The notes: generated by a model not told the origin, from the letters alone. A stretch of 64,000 bases of DNA from an uncultured Verrucomicrobiae bacterium (GCA_963827205.1 CAWHAH010000016.1:43663-107662); one strand, 5' to 3'. Counted from the first letter of the stretch, positions 16,990 through 26,357 are shown. A program made the numbers and translations.

Positions 16990-17856
16990 ATGAACTCCGC
17001 CTGCCCGTGTTGTGAAGGCCGTGAATGGAATACCCGCTGGCCCGGCTTCGTAATTTGCCGGAGTTGCGGCTTGATGACCGTCGCGCAGGACTTCGATCTG
17101 GCGACGCTCAAATCGTATTATGGCGCGGACTACTTCCTGGGTGCGGAATACGCCGATTATCTCGGCGACCGGGCCGTGCACGAGAAAACGCTCGCCGGCC
17201 ATTTGCGTCGGCTGAGGCGTTACGTGGCTACGGGCGGCCGGGTTTTGGAGATTGGTTGCGCCCACGGATTTTTTCTGGAGATGATTCAACCCATTTACCC
17301 CGGATCAATGGGCATTGACATCTCCGAAGCCGCAGTGGCCCATGCCCGGTTGCGCGGAATGGATGTTCGCGCCGGCGATTTACTGGAAACCGAGTTCAAC
17401 ACATCCTTTGACGCCGTTTGCCTGTGGGATACCATCGAGCACTTGTCCCGACCGTACGAAGTCATGCGCCGCGCGGCCACCTTGCTCAAACCGGGCGGGT
17501 TCCTGTTCCTGACGACAGGCGATTTCGGAGCTTGGTTGCCACGCTGGCAGGGATTGAAATGGCGACAAATCCATCCGCCGACTCATCTTTTTTATTTCAC
17601 CCGACCATCACTGAGAAAATTGTGCAACCGTGCCGGTCTTGAGCCTGTTCGCTTTGACACCGTGACGGTCCACCGCCGGCTGCGTTCCGCATTGCAGGCA
17701 TTGGAACGGCTTCAGGGCGGCTCCCCCAGTGGCCGCCTGGCACGAGTGGGACTTGGTCTGCTCCCGGCAGCCGTGTTGGGTTGGGGCATCCCGCTGAACC
17801 TGCTCGACACACTTTGTCTGGTGGCGCGCAAGCCAACGCGTGAAAAAACGGATTGA
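16990..17856 (+). CDS. Class I SAM-dependent methyltransferase with an N-terminal Zn-ribbon
   Basis: CPCC...CRSC, then the VLEIGCAHGFF SAM motif and the LKPGGFLFL motif. Starts 1 nt after the GT2 stop. Confidence 0.8.
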   Translation: MNSACPCCEGREWNTRWPGFVICRSCGLMTVAQDFDLATLKSYYGADYFLGAEYADYLGDRAVHEKTLAGHLRRLRRYVATGGRVLEIGCAHGFFLEMIQPIYPGSMGIDISEAAVAHARLRGMDVRAGDLLETEFNTSFDAVCLWDTIEHLSRPYEVMRRAATLLKPGGFLFLTTGDFGAWLPRWQGLKWRQIHPPTHLFYFTRPSLRKLCNRAGLEPVRFDTVTVHRRLRSALQALERLQGGSPSGRLARVGLGLLPAAVLGWGIPLNLLDTLCLVARKPTREKTD

Positions 17857-17887
17857 CGTCCCCGCGCGCCGCTGCTAGGTTAATGCC

Positions 17888-17959
17888 GTGAATCGTAATC
17901 TGAACCTGTTGCTTACCAGCGCGCTGTTGCTGCTGCGCCGCGCGGCGGTCGGGTTCTGA
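17888..17959 (+). promoter_or_regulatory. Candidate Leu-rich leader peptide (23 aa) of a leuA attenuator
   Basis: The GTG-initiated ORF reads MNRNLNLLLTSALLLLRRAAVGF, with 8 Leu codons including runs of 3 and 4. It lies between the upstream gene and the terminator at 17982. Confidence 0.4.
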
Positions 17960-17981
17960 TTGCATCACAAGATTTATCGAA

Positions 17982-18017
17982 CCCCACTGCCAACCGGCGG
18001 TGGGGTTTTTGTTTTTT
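17982..18017 (+). terminator. Intrinsic terminator/attenuator hairpin upstream of leuA
   Basis: ccccactgcc-aacc-ggcggtgggg (10-bp stem with one G-U pair) followed by TTTTTGTTTTTT. It sits 80 nt before the leuA ATG. Confidence 0.65.
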
Positions 18018-18096
18018 ACAATCGTCAGCTTAATCGTAATCCTGCTCTTAATCCGGCAGGCGATTAAGGTTGCGATTACGAGCAAGATTAAGATTT

Positions 18097-19752
18097 ATGC
18101 AAAAAAATCCGTCGAAAAAATACCGTCCGTTCCCGGCGGTCGCCTTGCCCGACCGGCAGTGGCCCAACCGCGTCCTCACTCGCGCACCGATCTGGTGCAG
18201 CGTGGATTTGCGCGACGGGAACCAAGCGCTCGCCGTGCCGATGAATGTCAGTCAGAAGCTCGAACTTTTCCAGACGCTCGTGAAAATGGGTTTCAAGGAA
18301 ATCGAAGTCGGCTTCCCGTCCGCGTCGAACACCGAGTTCGCCTTCAACCGCCGGCTCATCGAGGAAAACCGCGCGCCCGGCGACGTGTGGTTGCAGGTGC
18401 TTGTCCAAGCGCGTGAAGATTTGATTGAAAAGACCGTTCAGTCGCTCGCCGGCGCGAAGAAGGCGATCATCCACCTTTACAATTCCACTTCACCCGCCCA
18501 ACGCCGTGTCGTGTTCGGCATGTCAAAGGAGCAAATCGTCCAGGTGGCCGTGCGCGGCGCGAAATGGATCAAAGAGCGTTTGCCCCGGCTCAAAGGCACG
18601 GAAATCATGCTCCAGTATTCGCCGGAAAGTTTCAGCGGCACGGAAGTCGAGTTCGCCAGGGAAATTTCCGAAGCGGTCATGGATGTCTGGCAGCCGACGC
18701 CAAAACGGAAAATGATTTTGAATTTGCCTGACACCGTCGAGGTGGCGATGCCAAATGTCTATGCCGACCAGATTGAATGGGTCTGCCGGAACATCAAAAA
18801 CCGCGACTCACTCATCATCAGCGTGCACACGCACAACGACCGCAACACCGGCGTGGCGGCGACGGAACTCGGTTTGCTCGCAGGCGCAGATCGCGTCGAA
18901 GGCACGCTTTTTGGCAACGGCGAGCGCACCGGCAATCTCGATATCGTCACCGTCGCATTGAATCTTTATCAGCATGGCGTTGATCCCAAACTCGACCTCA
19001 GTAATCTGAATTCAATCATTGAGGTTTATGAACGTTGCACCGGCATGACCGTGCCGCCGCGCCAGCCGTATGCGGGCGAATTGGTTTTCACCGCCTTCAG
19101 CGGTTCGCACCAGGACGCAATCCGAAAGGGCTTGAAGGAGTGGAAAAATGACCGCCGGAAAAATTGGGACGTGCCGTATCTCACGATTGATCCCACCGAC
19201 ATCGGACGCGAATACCGCGAGGTCATCCGCGTCAACAGCCAGTCCGGCAAGGGCGGTGTGGCGTATCTGCTCGAAAGCCAGTTCGGCATCGAACTGCCCA
19301 AGGAAATGCAGCGCGAGTTCGGGCCGATCGCGAACGACGAGGTGGACAAGCTCGGCCGCGAAGTCACCGCCGCCGAACTCAAGGCCATGTTCTGGCACGA
19401 ATACATCGAGCGCGTCGCGCCATGGCAGCTCAAGAAATTTGAAACCGAAAGCAAAAACGGGGTCGTGCGCTGCCGCGCGAAATTGTTGCGCAGCGGAAAA
19501 ATGATCGAGCTTTCCGGCGAGGGCAACGGTCCGCTCGCCGCATTGGTTCACGGATTTGGAAAAATCGGCGGGCCGCGTTTTGAAATCACGGCTTACAGCG
19601 AACACGCCTTGAGCTCCGGCGAGGAAGCCACGGCCATCGCGTACATCCAAATCAAGCACGCGAACGGCAAAATCCGCTGGGGCGCGGGCGTGGACACGAA
19701 CATTGAGCTGGCGTCTGTGCGCGCCGTCTTGAGTGCGTTGAACCGGTCCTGA
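18097..19752 (+). CDS. leuA: 2-isopropylmalate synthase (long, LeuA type 2 form)
   Basis: Motifs seen: WCSVDLRDGNQA and HTHNDRNTG, plus a C-terminal regulatory domain. Confidence 0.95.
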   Translation: MQKNPSKKYRPFPAVALPDRQWPNRVLTRAPIWCSVDLRDGNQALAVPMNVSQKLELFQTLVKMGFKEIEVGFPSASNTEFAFNRRLIEENRAPGDVWLQVLVQAREDLIEKTVQSLAGAKKAIIHLYNSTSPAQRRVVFGMSKEQIVQVAVRGAKWIKERLPRLKGTEIMLQYSPESFSGTEVEFAREISEAVMDVWQPTPKRKMILNLPDTVEVAMPNVYADQIEWVCRNIKNRDSLIISVHTHNDRNTGVAATELGLLAGADRVEGTLFGNGERTGNLDIVTVALNLYQHGVDPKLDLSNLNSIIEVYERCTGMTVPPRQPYAGELVFTAFSGSHQDAIRKGLKEWKNDRRKNWDVPYLTIDPTDIGREYREVIRVNSQSGKGGVAYLLESQFGIELPKEMQREFGPIANDEVDKLGREVTAAELKAMFWHEYIERVAPWQLKKFETESKNGVVRCRAKLLRSGKMIELSGEGNGPLAALVHGFGKIGGPRFEITAYSEHALSSGEEATAIAYIQIKHANGKIRWGAGVDTNIELASVRAVLSALNRS

Positions 19753-19819
19753 CTCGGTCTTAAAGGCGAAAAATCCCGCTCGCCAAAAGCAGGTGAATTA
19801 TTTAACATTCCCGGACTTT

Positions 19820-20668
19820 ATGAGAGCGAAGCGGACAATTTTTTTTGCGGCGGCAGGATTGTTTCTGATCGGTACGATCGTTCTTGCCGCCGGACCGCCG
19901 CCCACCACCAACCCGGTCGTGACCACGCCGCCGGTTTATGTGCCCAACCTCTCGCATGTCAATGACCCGTTGCCGGACGGCGTCCTTGCGTGGGATGATC
20001 TCTCGAAAGCAACCGACGCCGCCGCTGACCAACAACTTGCGCGTTTCATTTTTAGCTTTACGAACGTTGCATCGGGTAATGTCGTTATTTTGAGCGTTCA
20101 TCCTTCGTGCGGCTGCACCACGGCGGAGTTGCCGCCTACGCCGTGGACGATTGCGCCTGGTACCAACGGCCAGATTCGTCTCACCGTGGATCTCCGAGGA
20201 AAGAGCGGCACGCTTTTCAAAACTGTCAACGTGTCCACGGACAAGGGAAGCAAAACCCTTATGCTGCGCATCAACATTCTGCCACCTGTGATACCCAAAA
20301 TGACCGACGAGGAACGCGCCCGTGACATGGCGGCAGCAAAAATTGACCGGCAAGCAGTCTTTCGCGGCGATTGCGCCAAGTGCCATCTGAACAATATCGA
20401 GGGCAAGTACGGCAAGCCGCTGTATGATGCGATTTGCGGCATTTGCCATGATGCCGAGCAACGTGCCGCCGTGGTGCCGGATTTGCACAATCTCAAAACT
20501 CCGACCAGCCATGAATTCTGGCGCACTTGGATCGCTCACGGCAAACCTGGCTCGCTCATGCCCGCGTTTGCCACCAGTGATGGCGGTCCGCTCACGGACA
20601 TCCAAATCGCCTCGCTCGCCGCTTATTTGAACGTGGTTATCAAACCACAAGTCCCTGTTAATAAGTAA
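19820..20668 (+). CDS. Secreted DUF1573-domain protein fused to a di-haem cytochrome c region
   Basis: Signal/TM segment, HPSCGCT (DUF1573 signature), and two CxxCH motifs (CAKCH, CGICH). Confidence 0.7.
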   Translation: MRAKRTIFFAAAGLFLIGTIVLAAGPPPTTNPVVTTPPVYVPNLSHVNDPLPDGVLAWDDLSKATDAAADQQLARFIFSFTNVASGNVVILSVHPSCGCTTAELPPTPWTIAPGTNGQIRLTVDLRGKSGTLFKTVNVSTDKGSKTLMLRINILPPVIPKMTDEERARDMAAAKIDRQAVFRGDCAKCHLNNIEGKYGKPLYDAICGICHDAEQRAAVVPDLHNLKTPTSHEFWRTWIAHGKPGSLMPAFATSDGGPLTDIQIASLAAYLNVVIKPQVPVNK

Positions 20669-20703
20669 CTTCTGCTTTTATTGCTGAACCTTCCATTTTT
20701 CTG

Positions 20704-20732
20704 TTGCCAAATGGGACACAACTGTCTATAAT
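20704..20732 (+). promoter_or_regulatory. Sigma70-like promoter upstream of lepB
   Basis: TTGCCA, a 17-nt spacer, then TATAAT (20727-20732). Confidence 0.45.
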
Positions 20733-20767
20733 TTGGGCAGAGAGAAAGAAGTATTGGTATCGTTGAC

Positions 20768-21376
20768 GTGAATAGCCGTAAAATAGTTGTAAATAGGGGA
20801 GTTGTGGCAATTTTAACGCCCTTCAGAACGTGTGCAAATTCCGTTTCCTATTTTCTTAAAGATTGCCGCTTGTGGTTGTCGTGGTCATGGTTTTTCCAAC
20901 AATGCCGGGTTTTGGCGGTTTTGGCGGTTACGGGGACATTGAGTTATTTGGTGATTAGCCATTTTGCCTTCCAAGCCGTTCGCGTGGAGGGTCCCAGCAT
21001 GTATCCCACATTGGCAAACTCGGGATATTATTGGTTGAACCGATTTGCTTACCTCGTGAGCGAACCAAAGCAGGATGACGTCGTGGCACTCAGAGACCCG
21101 CAGGACAATACACCGGTGGTTAAACGCATTATCGCCACACCCGGACAATCCATTTACCTCAAAAGCGGCAAGGTTTACGTTGATGGCCAATTGTTGCGCG
21201 AACCCTACCTATTGAACGGGATGCCAACCTACGCCTACGAAAAGAGTGAAGACGAATTTATTTGCATTGGCAAAGACGAGTTCTTTGTCATGGGTGATAA
21301 TCGCAACAACAGCATGGACAGCCGCACCTTCGGAGCTGTCCCGCGTCAAAACATCCTTGGCAAAGTGATCGAATAG
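20768..21376 (+). CDS. lepB: Signal peptidase I
   Basis: Motifs seen: GPSMYPTL (catalytic Ser), VVKRIIATPG (Lys box) and FVMGDNRNNSMDSR. The start codon is uncertain. Confidence 0.85.
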   Translation: MNSRKIVVNRGVVAILTPFRTCANSVSYFLKDCRLWLSWSWFFQQCRVLAVLAVTGTLSYLVISHFAFQAVRVEGPSMYPTLANSGYYWLNRFAYLVSEPKQDDVVALRDPQDNTPVVKRIIATPGQSIYLKSGKVYVDGQLLREPYLLNGMPTYAYEKSEDEFICIGKDEFFVMGDNRNNSMDSRTFGAVPRQNILGKVIE

Positions 21377-21459
21377 CCTTGCCGCCCCCGCGTTGGATTC
21401 GGAACGGAAACTGGCAGTCGTGTCTTGCATCAAATGCCGATGGCGTTAAGCTGTCAAGC

Positions 21460-22545
21460 ATGACGTTGAAACTGGTTGACGCCACAAGCCATACTCGCAT
21501 TGCCGGACTTGGCGAACGCACTTTGAACGGCGGTTCCATCGCGCGCGATGAGGCACTGTGGCTCTTCCATCTTGAAGATTCTGCCGACATTTTTGATTTG
21601 CTCTCGTGGGCCAATCGCATCCGCGAGAAATTCAAGGGCAACAAAATCCATCTCTGCTCCATCGTCAACGCCAAGGCCGGGGCGTGCTCGGAAAATTGCC
21701 GATTCTGCGCGCAATCGTCATTTTATCAGACCGGTTCGCCGAAATACGGTTTCGTTGATCCCGAACCCGTTGCCGAAGCCGCCGAGGAAGCGAACCGAAA
21801 TGGCGTCACCGCCGTCGGCCTCGTCGCCGCGTGGAAAGGGCTGAACGAAGGCCCGATGCTCGACGAGGTTTGCGAGCGTGTCCGTGAATTGAAAGCGGGT
21901 GGCAAGACGCGGCCTGATGTCTCGCTCGGCATCATCAAGAGCCAGCGGGTGGCCGACCGGCTCAAGGAAACTGGCGTCGAGTGCTACGGCCACAACCTCG
22001 AAAGCTCGCGCCGTTTTTTTCCGCAGACCTGCACCACGCACACCTACGACGACCGCCTCGAAACCATCGGCTATTTGAAGAAGGCCGGCATCAAGATTTG
22101 TTCCGGCGGCATCATTGGCATGGGCGAGACGCGCGAGGACCGCTGCGATCTCGCGTTTGCGCTCAAGGAAATCGGCGCGAACGTCGTACCGATCAACATT
22201 CTCAACCCGATTCCCGGCACGCCGTTTGAGAAGAACGTTCCCCTGCCCGTCCTGGAAATCCTGAAGACCATTGCGTGTTTCCGGTTCATTTTGCCGCGGC
22301 AGGAAATCATGATCGCCGGCGGGCGCACGGTGAATCTGCGAGACGCGCAAAGTATGATTTTCCTGGCCGGTGCCAGCGCGCTCATGGTCGGCAATTACCT
22401 GACCACGCTGAACCAGCCGGTGGAAAAGGATTTGCAGATGCTTCAAGACCTCGGCCTTGATCCGAACTGGGACAGACATGGGTTTAGCGATCAGGAGGCA
22501 TGCAGTTGCCATCAAAATGAGGAACTGGCCTGCGCGGCTTCATAG
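21460..22545 (+). CDS. bioB: Biotin synthase
   Basis: CSENCRFCAQS radical-SAM motif plus the remaining conserved BioB regions. Confidence 0.9.
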   Translation: MTLKLVDATSHTRIAGLGERTLNGGSIARDEALWLFHLEDSADIFDLLSWANRIREKFKGNKIHLCSIVNAKAGACSENCRFCAQSSFYQTGSPKYGFVDPEPVAEAAEEANRNGVTAVGLVAAWKGLNEGPMLDEVCERVRELKAGGKTRPDVSLGIIKSQRVADRLKETGVECYGHNLESSRRFFPQTCTTHTYDDRLETIGYLKKAGIKICSGGIIGMGETREDRCDLAFALKEIGANVVPINILNPIPGTPFEKNVPLPVLEILKTIACFRFILPRQEIMIAGGRTVNLRDAQSMIFLAGASALMVGNYLTTLNQPVEKDLQMLQDLGLDPNWDRHGFSDQEACSCHQNEELACAAS

Positions 22546-22556
22546 CCCACCGGTGA

Positions 22557-22632
22557 ATTTACGATTTGCGATTTACGATGGACGAGGCGATTTGTGTTTG
22601 TTGCGTAAATCGTAAATCGAACATCGTAAATC
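22557..22632. repeat. Inverted repeat of the TTTACGAT/ATCGTAAA family in the bioB-M14 spacer
   Basis: gaatttacgatttgcgatttacgat ... cgtaaatcgtaaatcgaacatcgtaaat. A related copy sits at ~37510-37545. Confidence 0.7.
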
Positions 22633-22633
22633 C

Positions 22634-23404
22634 ATGGAGCGACTGGGTAAAAATCACGGCGGTTACCATGGCGAGACGATTGACATCCGCGCCGTCCTGC
22701 GCGATGTCGAAACCGCCGCCCAAACGCACGGCTGGACTTCCGAAACGTTTGGTCAGCAAGGCGAATTCAACTTGTTCGCACTTCAACGCACTTGCCGCGA
22801 CGAAGCGAAGCGAAGGCGGGTTTACCTTTCCACCGGCATTCACGGGGACGAGCCGGCCGGCCCGCTCGCCGGGCTGCGTTTGCTTCAGGAAAACAAATGG
22901 CCGGAAAACGCGGAACTTTGGTTCTGTCCTTGTTTGAACCCGATGGGCTTCGTTTCGAACCGGCGCGAAAATCCCGGCGGCAAGGATTTGAACCGTGATT
23001 ACCGGCATTTGGAAACCGCCGAAGTCCGCGCCCACGTCGCGTGGCTGGAGCGTCAGCCGCAATTCGACCTCTATCTTTGCCTCCACGAAGACTGGGAGTC
23101 ACGCGGTTTTTACCTCTACGAACAGAATCCCGACGGCAAACCCGCCCTAGCGGAAACCATTGTCAGCGCCGTCCAGAAAGTCTGCCCGATTGACCCTTCG
23201 GAAACCATCGAAGACCGTCCGGCAAAAAATGGCATCATTCGCCCGAACCTCAATCCGCGCACGCGCCCACAGTGGGCCGAGGCGTTTTATCTCATCATGC
23301 ACAAATCGCGGCTCGGCTGCACCCTCGAAGCCCCTTCGGATTTTCCGATGTCAACCCGCGTCCATGCGCTCGTTGCCGGCGTGAAGGCGGCGCTGGCAAC
23401 GTAG
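22634..23404 (+). CDS. M14-family zinc carboxypeptidase/succinylglutamate-desuccinylase-like protein
   Basis: Motifs seen: GIHGDEPAG (Zn ligands), NPMGF and DLNRDY. Confidence 0.7.
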   Translation: MERLGKNHGGYHGETIDIRAVLRDVETAAQTHGWTSETFGQQGEFNLFALQRTCRDEAKRRRVYLSTGIHGDEPAGPLAGLRLLQENKWPENAELWFCPCLNPMGFVSNRRENPGGKDLNRDYRHLETAEVRAHVAWLERQPQFDLYLCLHEDWESRGFYLYEQNPDGKPALAETIVSAVQKVCPIDPSETIEDRPAKNGIIRPNLNPRTRPQWAEAFYLIMHKSRLGCTLEAPSDFPMSTRVHALVAGVKAALAT

Positions 23405-23488
23405 GATGGGCATCTTGCCTGCCTCAAATATCGGATCATGCCCGAGCAATCGGAGTTTTGAATCCAGAGACAGGCTGGAAGCGCTGTC

Positions 23489-23932
23489 CTACTTCAATGC
23501 GGTATTTCGTCGTTTCATCCATTCGACACCCAGGCTGGAAAGTGTCTTGGCCTTCAAGAGCCGCTCCGCGAGCGGGAAAACAATGCGCTCTTCCTTGTCG
23601 AAATGCTCGCGCGAGCGCAACACGGCCCGCAACAGCAGATCGCGCGCCTGTTTCGGCCCTCGCGCCTTTTGCACCTCGGCCAGTTCAGCATCAATCTCCT
23701 CGTGCTCCTCGTGGAAGAGTTCGCTCTGGCCGATCTGTTCCAGACAATGTTCCAGCGGCCCCATGAGCAGGTCGTCCTCGGTGTTGGCATGGGGACGCAT
23801 GAGCGCGTCCAGCGTGGTAGCCAGCGATTTAACCTCTGCCAGCGTCTTGAGCCGCGGCAGGGTCTTTTCGATGTGATCGAACAAATTATGGAACACCACG
23901 TGTTCCGCCACCAAAATTTCCGTGATTTTCAT
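23489..23932 (-). CDS. Hemerythrin (HHE cation-binding) domain protein
   Basis: Motifs seen: AEHVVFHNLFDHIE, HEEHEEIDAEL and HFDKEERIVFP. Confidence 0.7.
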   Translation of the reverse strand: MKITEILVAEHVVFHNLFDHIEKTLPRLKTLAEVKSLATTLDALMRPHANTEDDLLMGPLEHCLEQIGQSELFHEEHEEIDAELAEVQKARGPKQARDLLLRAVLRSREHFDKEERIVFPLAERLLKAKTLSSLGVEWMKRRNTALK

Positions 23933-24063
23933 GACATGGACCCGTTCCGATGTCTCGTTATGAGATAACAGCACTTGCAGAATTCCGCCAGCGGTTTTTT
24001 CTGCCGGGCTTCAAATTCCTTGAACTCTCCATTTTCCCAAAGTTATCCTGCGGCACTTTGAAC

Positions 24064-25581
24064 GTGGACAAACCGCAAGATTCCTTGCCTGCCAACTCGT
24101 CCCCATCTCTTTCCACCAACGCCGGCTTGGTTCCCACGCTGGGCCTGTTCAGCACGGTGATGATGGTGGTGGGCAGCGTGATCGGTTCGGGCATTTTCAA
24201 AAAATCGGGCATCATGGCCGCGCAAGTCGGCTCGCCGGAACTGCTGCTCGTCGTCTGGCTGCTGGCCGGCGTCATCACGCTGTTTGGCGCGCTCACCAAC
24301 GCCGAGGTTGCCGGCATTGTTCCCGAAACGGGCGGGCAATACGCTTATTTCGACCGCATGTTCGAGCCATTTTTTGCCTATCTTTACGGCTGGGCGGTGT
24401 TTGCTGTCATCCAAACCGGTTCGATTGCAGCAGTGGCCTATATTTTCGCGGAATACGCCACGAAATTTGTGCCGTTGCCGGAACTGTCCCCTTCGCTCGC
24501 TTCGCTTTCGTTTCACGTGCCGTTCATCGCGGACATCACCCCGTTTGCGGACATCGGCACGAAAGGCCTTGCCGCATTGCTGGTTGTCGGATTGACGGCG
24601 GTGAACTACCTCGGCGTGCGGTTTGGCGGCGTGGTGCAGAACATTTTTACCATTGCCAAGGTGGCGGCAATGGCGCTGCTGATGCTCGCGGCATTTCTGT
24701 TGCCGACGGGAGGGAGTGTAACGAACCTTACCGCCTCCAGCGCAATCATTCACCCAACCGGACTGGCGTTGTTCGCGGCAATGGTGGCGGCAATGCAGGG
24801 CGCATTTTGGGCCTATGACGGCTGGAACACGATCAGTTACATCGGAGGCGAGGTAAAACAACCGCGGCGCAACATCCCGCTTGGCCTCGCCATTGGGATG
24901 GGAGTTGTAATAGTGATCTACCTGCTGGTCAATCTCGCCTACGCCTATGTGTTGCCGGTGGATGTGATGGCACACTCAAAATTGGTCGCCGCGGATGTCG
25001 CGGAAAAATGTTTTTCCGGCGGCGGCCGCTGGATTGCCGCCGCCGTGATGGTTTCCACATTCGGGACCGCCAATGGAATGATCCTCGCCAGCGCGCGCGT
25101 TTACTTTTCCATGTCGCGGCGGAACGTGTTTCCCGGATTCCTCGGCCGCACGCATCCACGCTTTCACACTCCGGCGGCATCGCTCGTCGTGCAGGGCGTA
25201 TGGAGCGCATTGCTGCTGTTGAGCGGCACCTTCGACACGCTCACGGACATGCTCATTTTCGTGAGTTGGATTTTTTACGCGGCGGGCGCTTACGGGGTTT
25301 TTGTGTTGCGGCGCAAAATGCCAGACACGCCGCGTCCTTACAAAGTTCCCGGTTACCCGTTTGTGCCGTGGATTTTCATCAGCTTCGCCGCGATTTACCT
25401 CGCGTTCACGGTTTACAATGACATCACCGGCTACCGCGCGGCCATCGCCGCCGGAACGCCGGCGCGGATGAATTCTGTTTTCGGCGTCGTGCTGGTTTTG
25501 GCGGGAGCGCCGATTTATTGGTTTTACCGGAGCAAACCAAAAACTTCATCGGCGCAGCGCGAAACTTCCAGTTCCCCGTGA
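24064..25581 (+). CDS. APC-family amino acid permease
   Basis: About 12 TM segments and the GSVIGSGIF motif. The GTG start at 24064 was chosen because the track start at 23950 overlaps the divergent hemerythrin gene. Confidence 0.8.
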   Translation: MDKPQDSLPANSSPSLSTNAGLVPTLGLFSTVMMVVGSVIGSGIFKKSGIMAAQVGSPELLLVVWLLAGVITLFGALTNAEVAGIVPETGGQYAYFDRMFEPFFAYLYGWAVFAVIQTGSIAAVAYIFAEYATKFVPLPELSPSLASLSFHVPFIADITPFADIGTKGLAALLVVGLTAVNYLGVRFGGVVQNIFTIAKVAAMALLMLAAFLLPTGGSVTNLTASSAIIHPTGLALFAAMVAAMQGAFWAYDGWNTISYIGGEVKQPRRNIPLGLAIGMGVVIVIYLLVNLAYAYVLPVDVMAHSKLVAADVAEKCFSGGGRWIAAAVMVSTFGTANGMILASARVYFSMSRRNVFPGFLGRTHPRFHTPAASLVVQGVWSALLLLSGTFDTLTDMLIFVSWIFYAAGAYGVFVLRRKMPDTPRPYKVPGYPFVPWIFISFAAIYLAFTVYNDITGYRAAIAAGTPARMNSVFGVVLVLAGAPIYWFYRSKPKTSSAQRETSSSP

Positions 25582-25602
25582 CGATTGGATAAAACAACCG
25601 CC

Positions 25603-25866
25603 ATGCGCGCGATGAACGATGATTTGCTCCGGGCGATTGAACTGGCTCTGGCCAGCGAGTGGGACGCCGCGCACCAACTGGTCCAGCAACACGAAGACGA
25701 CGCCACGGCAGCGTGGATTCATGCCGTGCTGCACAAGATCGAGGGCGACCCGGCCAACAGCCGCTATTGGTATCGCCGCGCTGGCCGGATGGAGCGCGTT
25801 GCCGAGGAACCGCGCGCGGAATTGGCCGCCATTCAGGCCGAGCTTGTCTCACGCTGCGGCCAATGA
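25603..25866 (+). CDS. Small conserved-looking hypothetical protein (87 aa)
   Basis: ORF with ATG at 25603. Its last ~15 codons are duplicated downstream at 26317-26357. Confidence 0.45.
   Translation: MRAMNDDLLRAIELALASEWDAAHQLVQQHEDDATAAWIHAVLHKIEGDPANSRYWYRRAGRMERVAEEPRAELAAIQAELVSRCGQ
25804..25844 (+). repeat. Direct repeat, copy 1 (3' end of the 25603 gene)
   Basis: The 41-nt sequence gaggaaccgcgcgcggaattggccgccattcaggccgagct recurs at 26317-26357 with 3 mismatches. Confidence 0.85.
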
Positions 25867-25887
25867 AACAATCAAACCAAGACAAAT

Positions 25888-26301
25888 ATGAATACTGAAA
25901 TCATCAGCCAAGCTGCCCGCGCGACGTTGGATGGAACCATGCCATTTCCCGAAGTCGTCGGGCAATTGATCGCAGCCGGGGTGGAATATTACCACGTGGA
26001 CTACGTCGGACTGCGTAAAACCTTTTACAGCCCCAGCGGCGACGCCGTGGTGACCGCCATCAATTACGAAGGCCTGCCACCGGTGGCTGCGGATTTTGAC
26101 GCGGCTGCGCTGCGTGCGGACATTTTGGATAGCCAGCGCAATGGGCAGAAATACCGCGACTTCACCCGGCGCGCGATGGAGGCCGGTGTCCAAGGCTACT
26201 TTGCTTTCCTGCGCGGGAAGCGCGTCACCTATTTCGGCCGTCAGGGCGACCAGCGCACCGAATGGTTTCCCGGCGCTGGCCCGGCTAAAACGACGGATTA
26301 A
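25888..26301 (+). CDS. DUF1398-family protein
   Basis: 137 aa. Features seen: PFPEVVGQLIAAGVEYYHVDY and the YRDF...GV..Y pattern typical of DUF1398. Confidence 0.65.
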   Translation: MNTEIISQAARATLDGTMPFPEVVGQLIAAGVEYYHVDYVGLRKTFYSPSGDAVVTAINYEGLPPVAADFDAAALRADILDSQRNGQKYRDFTRRAMEAGVQGYFAFLRGKRVTYFGRQGDQRTEWFPGAGPAKTTD

Positions 26302-26316
26302 CCCGACCGCGTCGCC

Positions 26317-26357
26317 GGGGAACCGCGCGCGGAATTGGCCGCCATCCAGGCCGAACT
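26317..26357 (+). repeat. Direct repeat, copy 2
   Basis: 38 of 41 nt match 25804-25844. It reads GEPRAELAAIQAELRQ-stop in one frame, which would be an alternative C-terminus for the 25603 gene. Confidence 0.85.

Noticed and set aside
23950-24063. Upstream start for the amino-acid permease
   Set aside because: It would overlap the divergent hemerythrin gene start, and it adds a non-hydrophobic, non-conserved leader. The GTG at 24064 is preferred, but the start remains uncertain.
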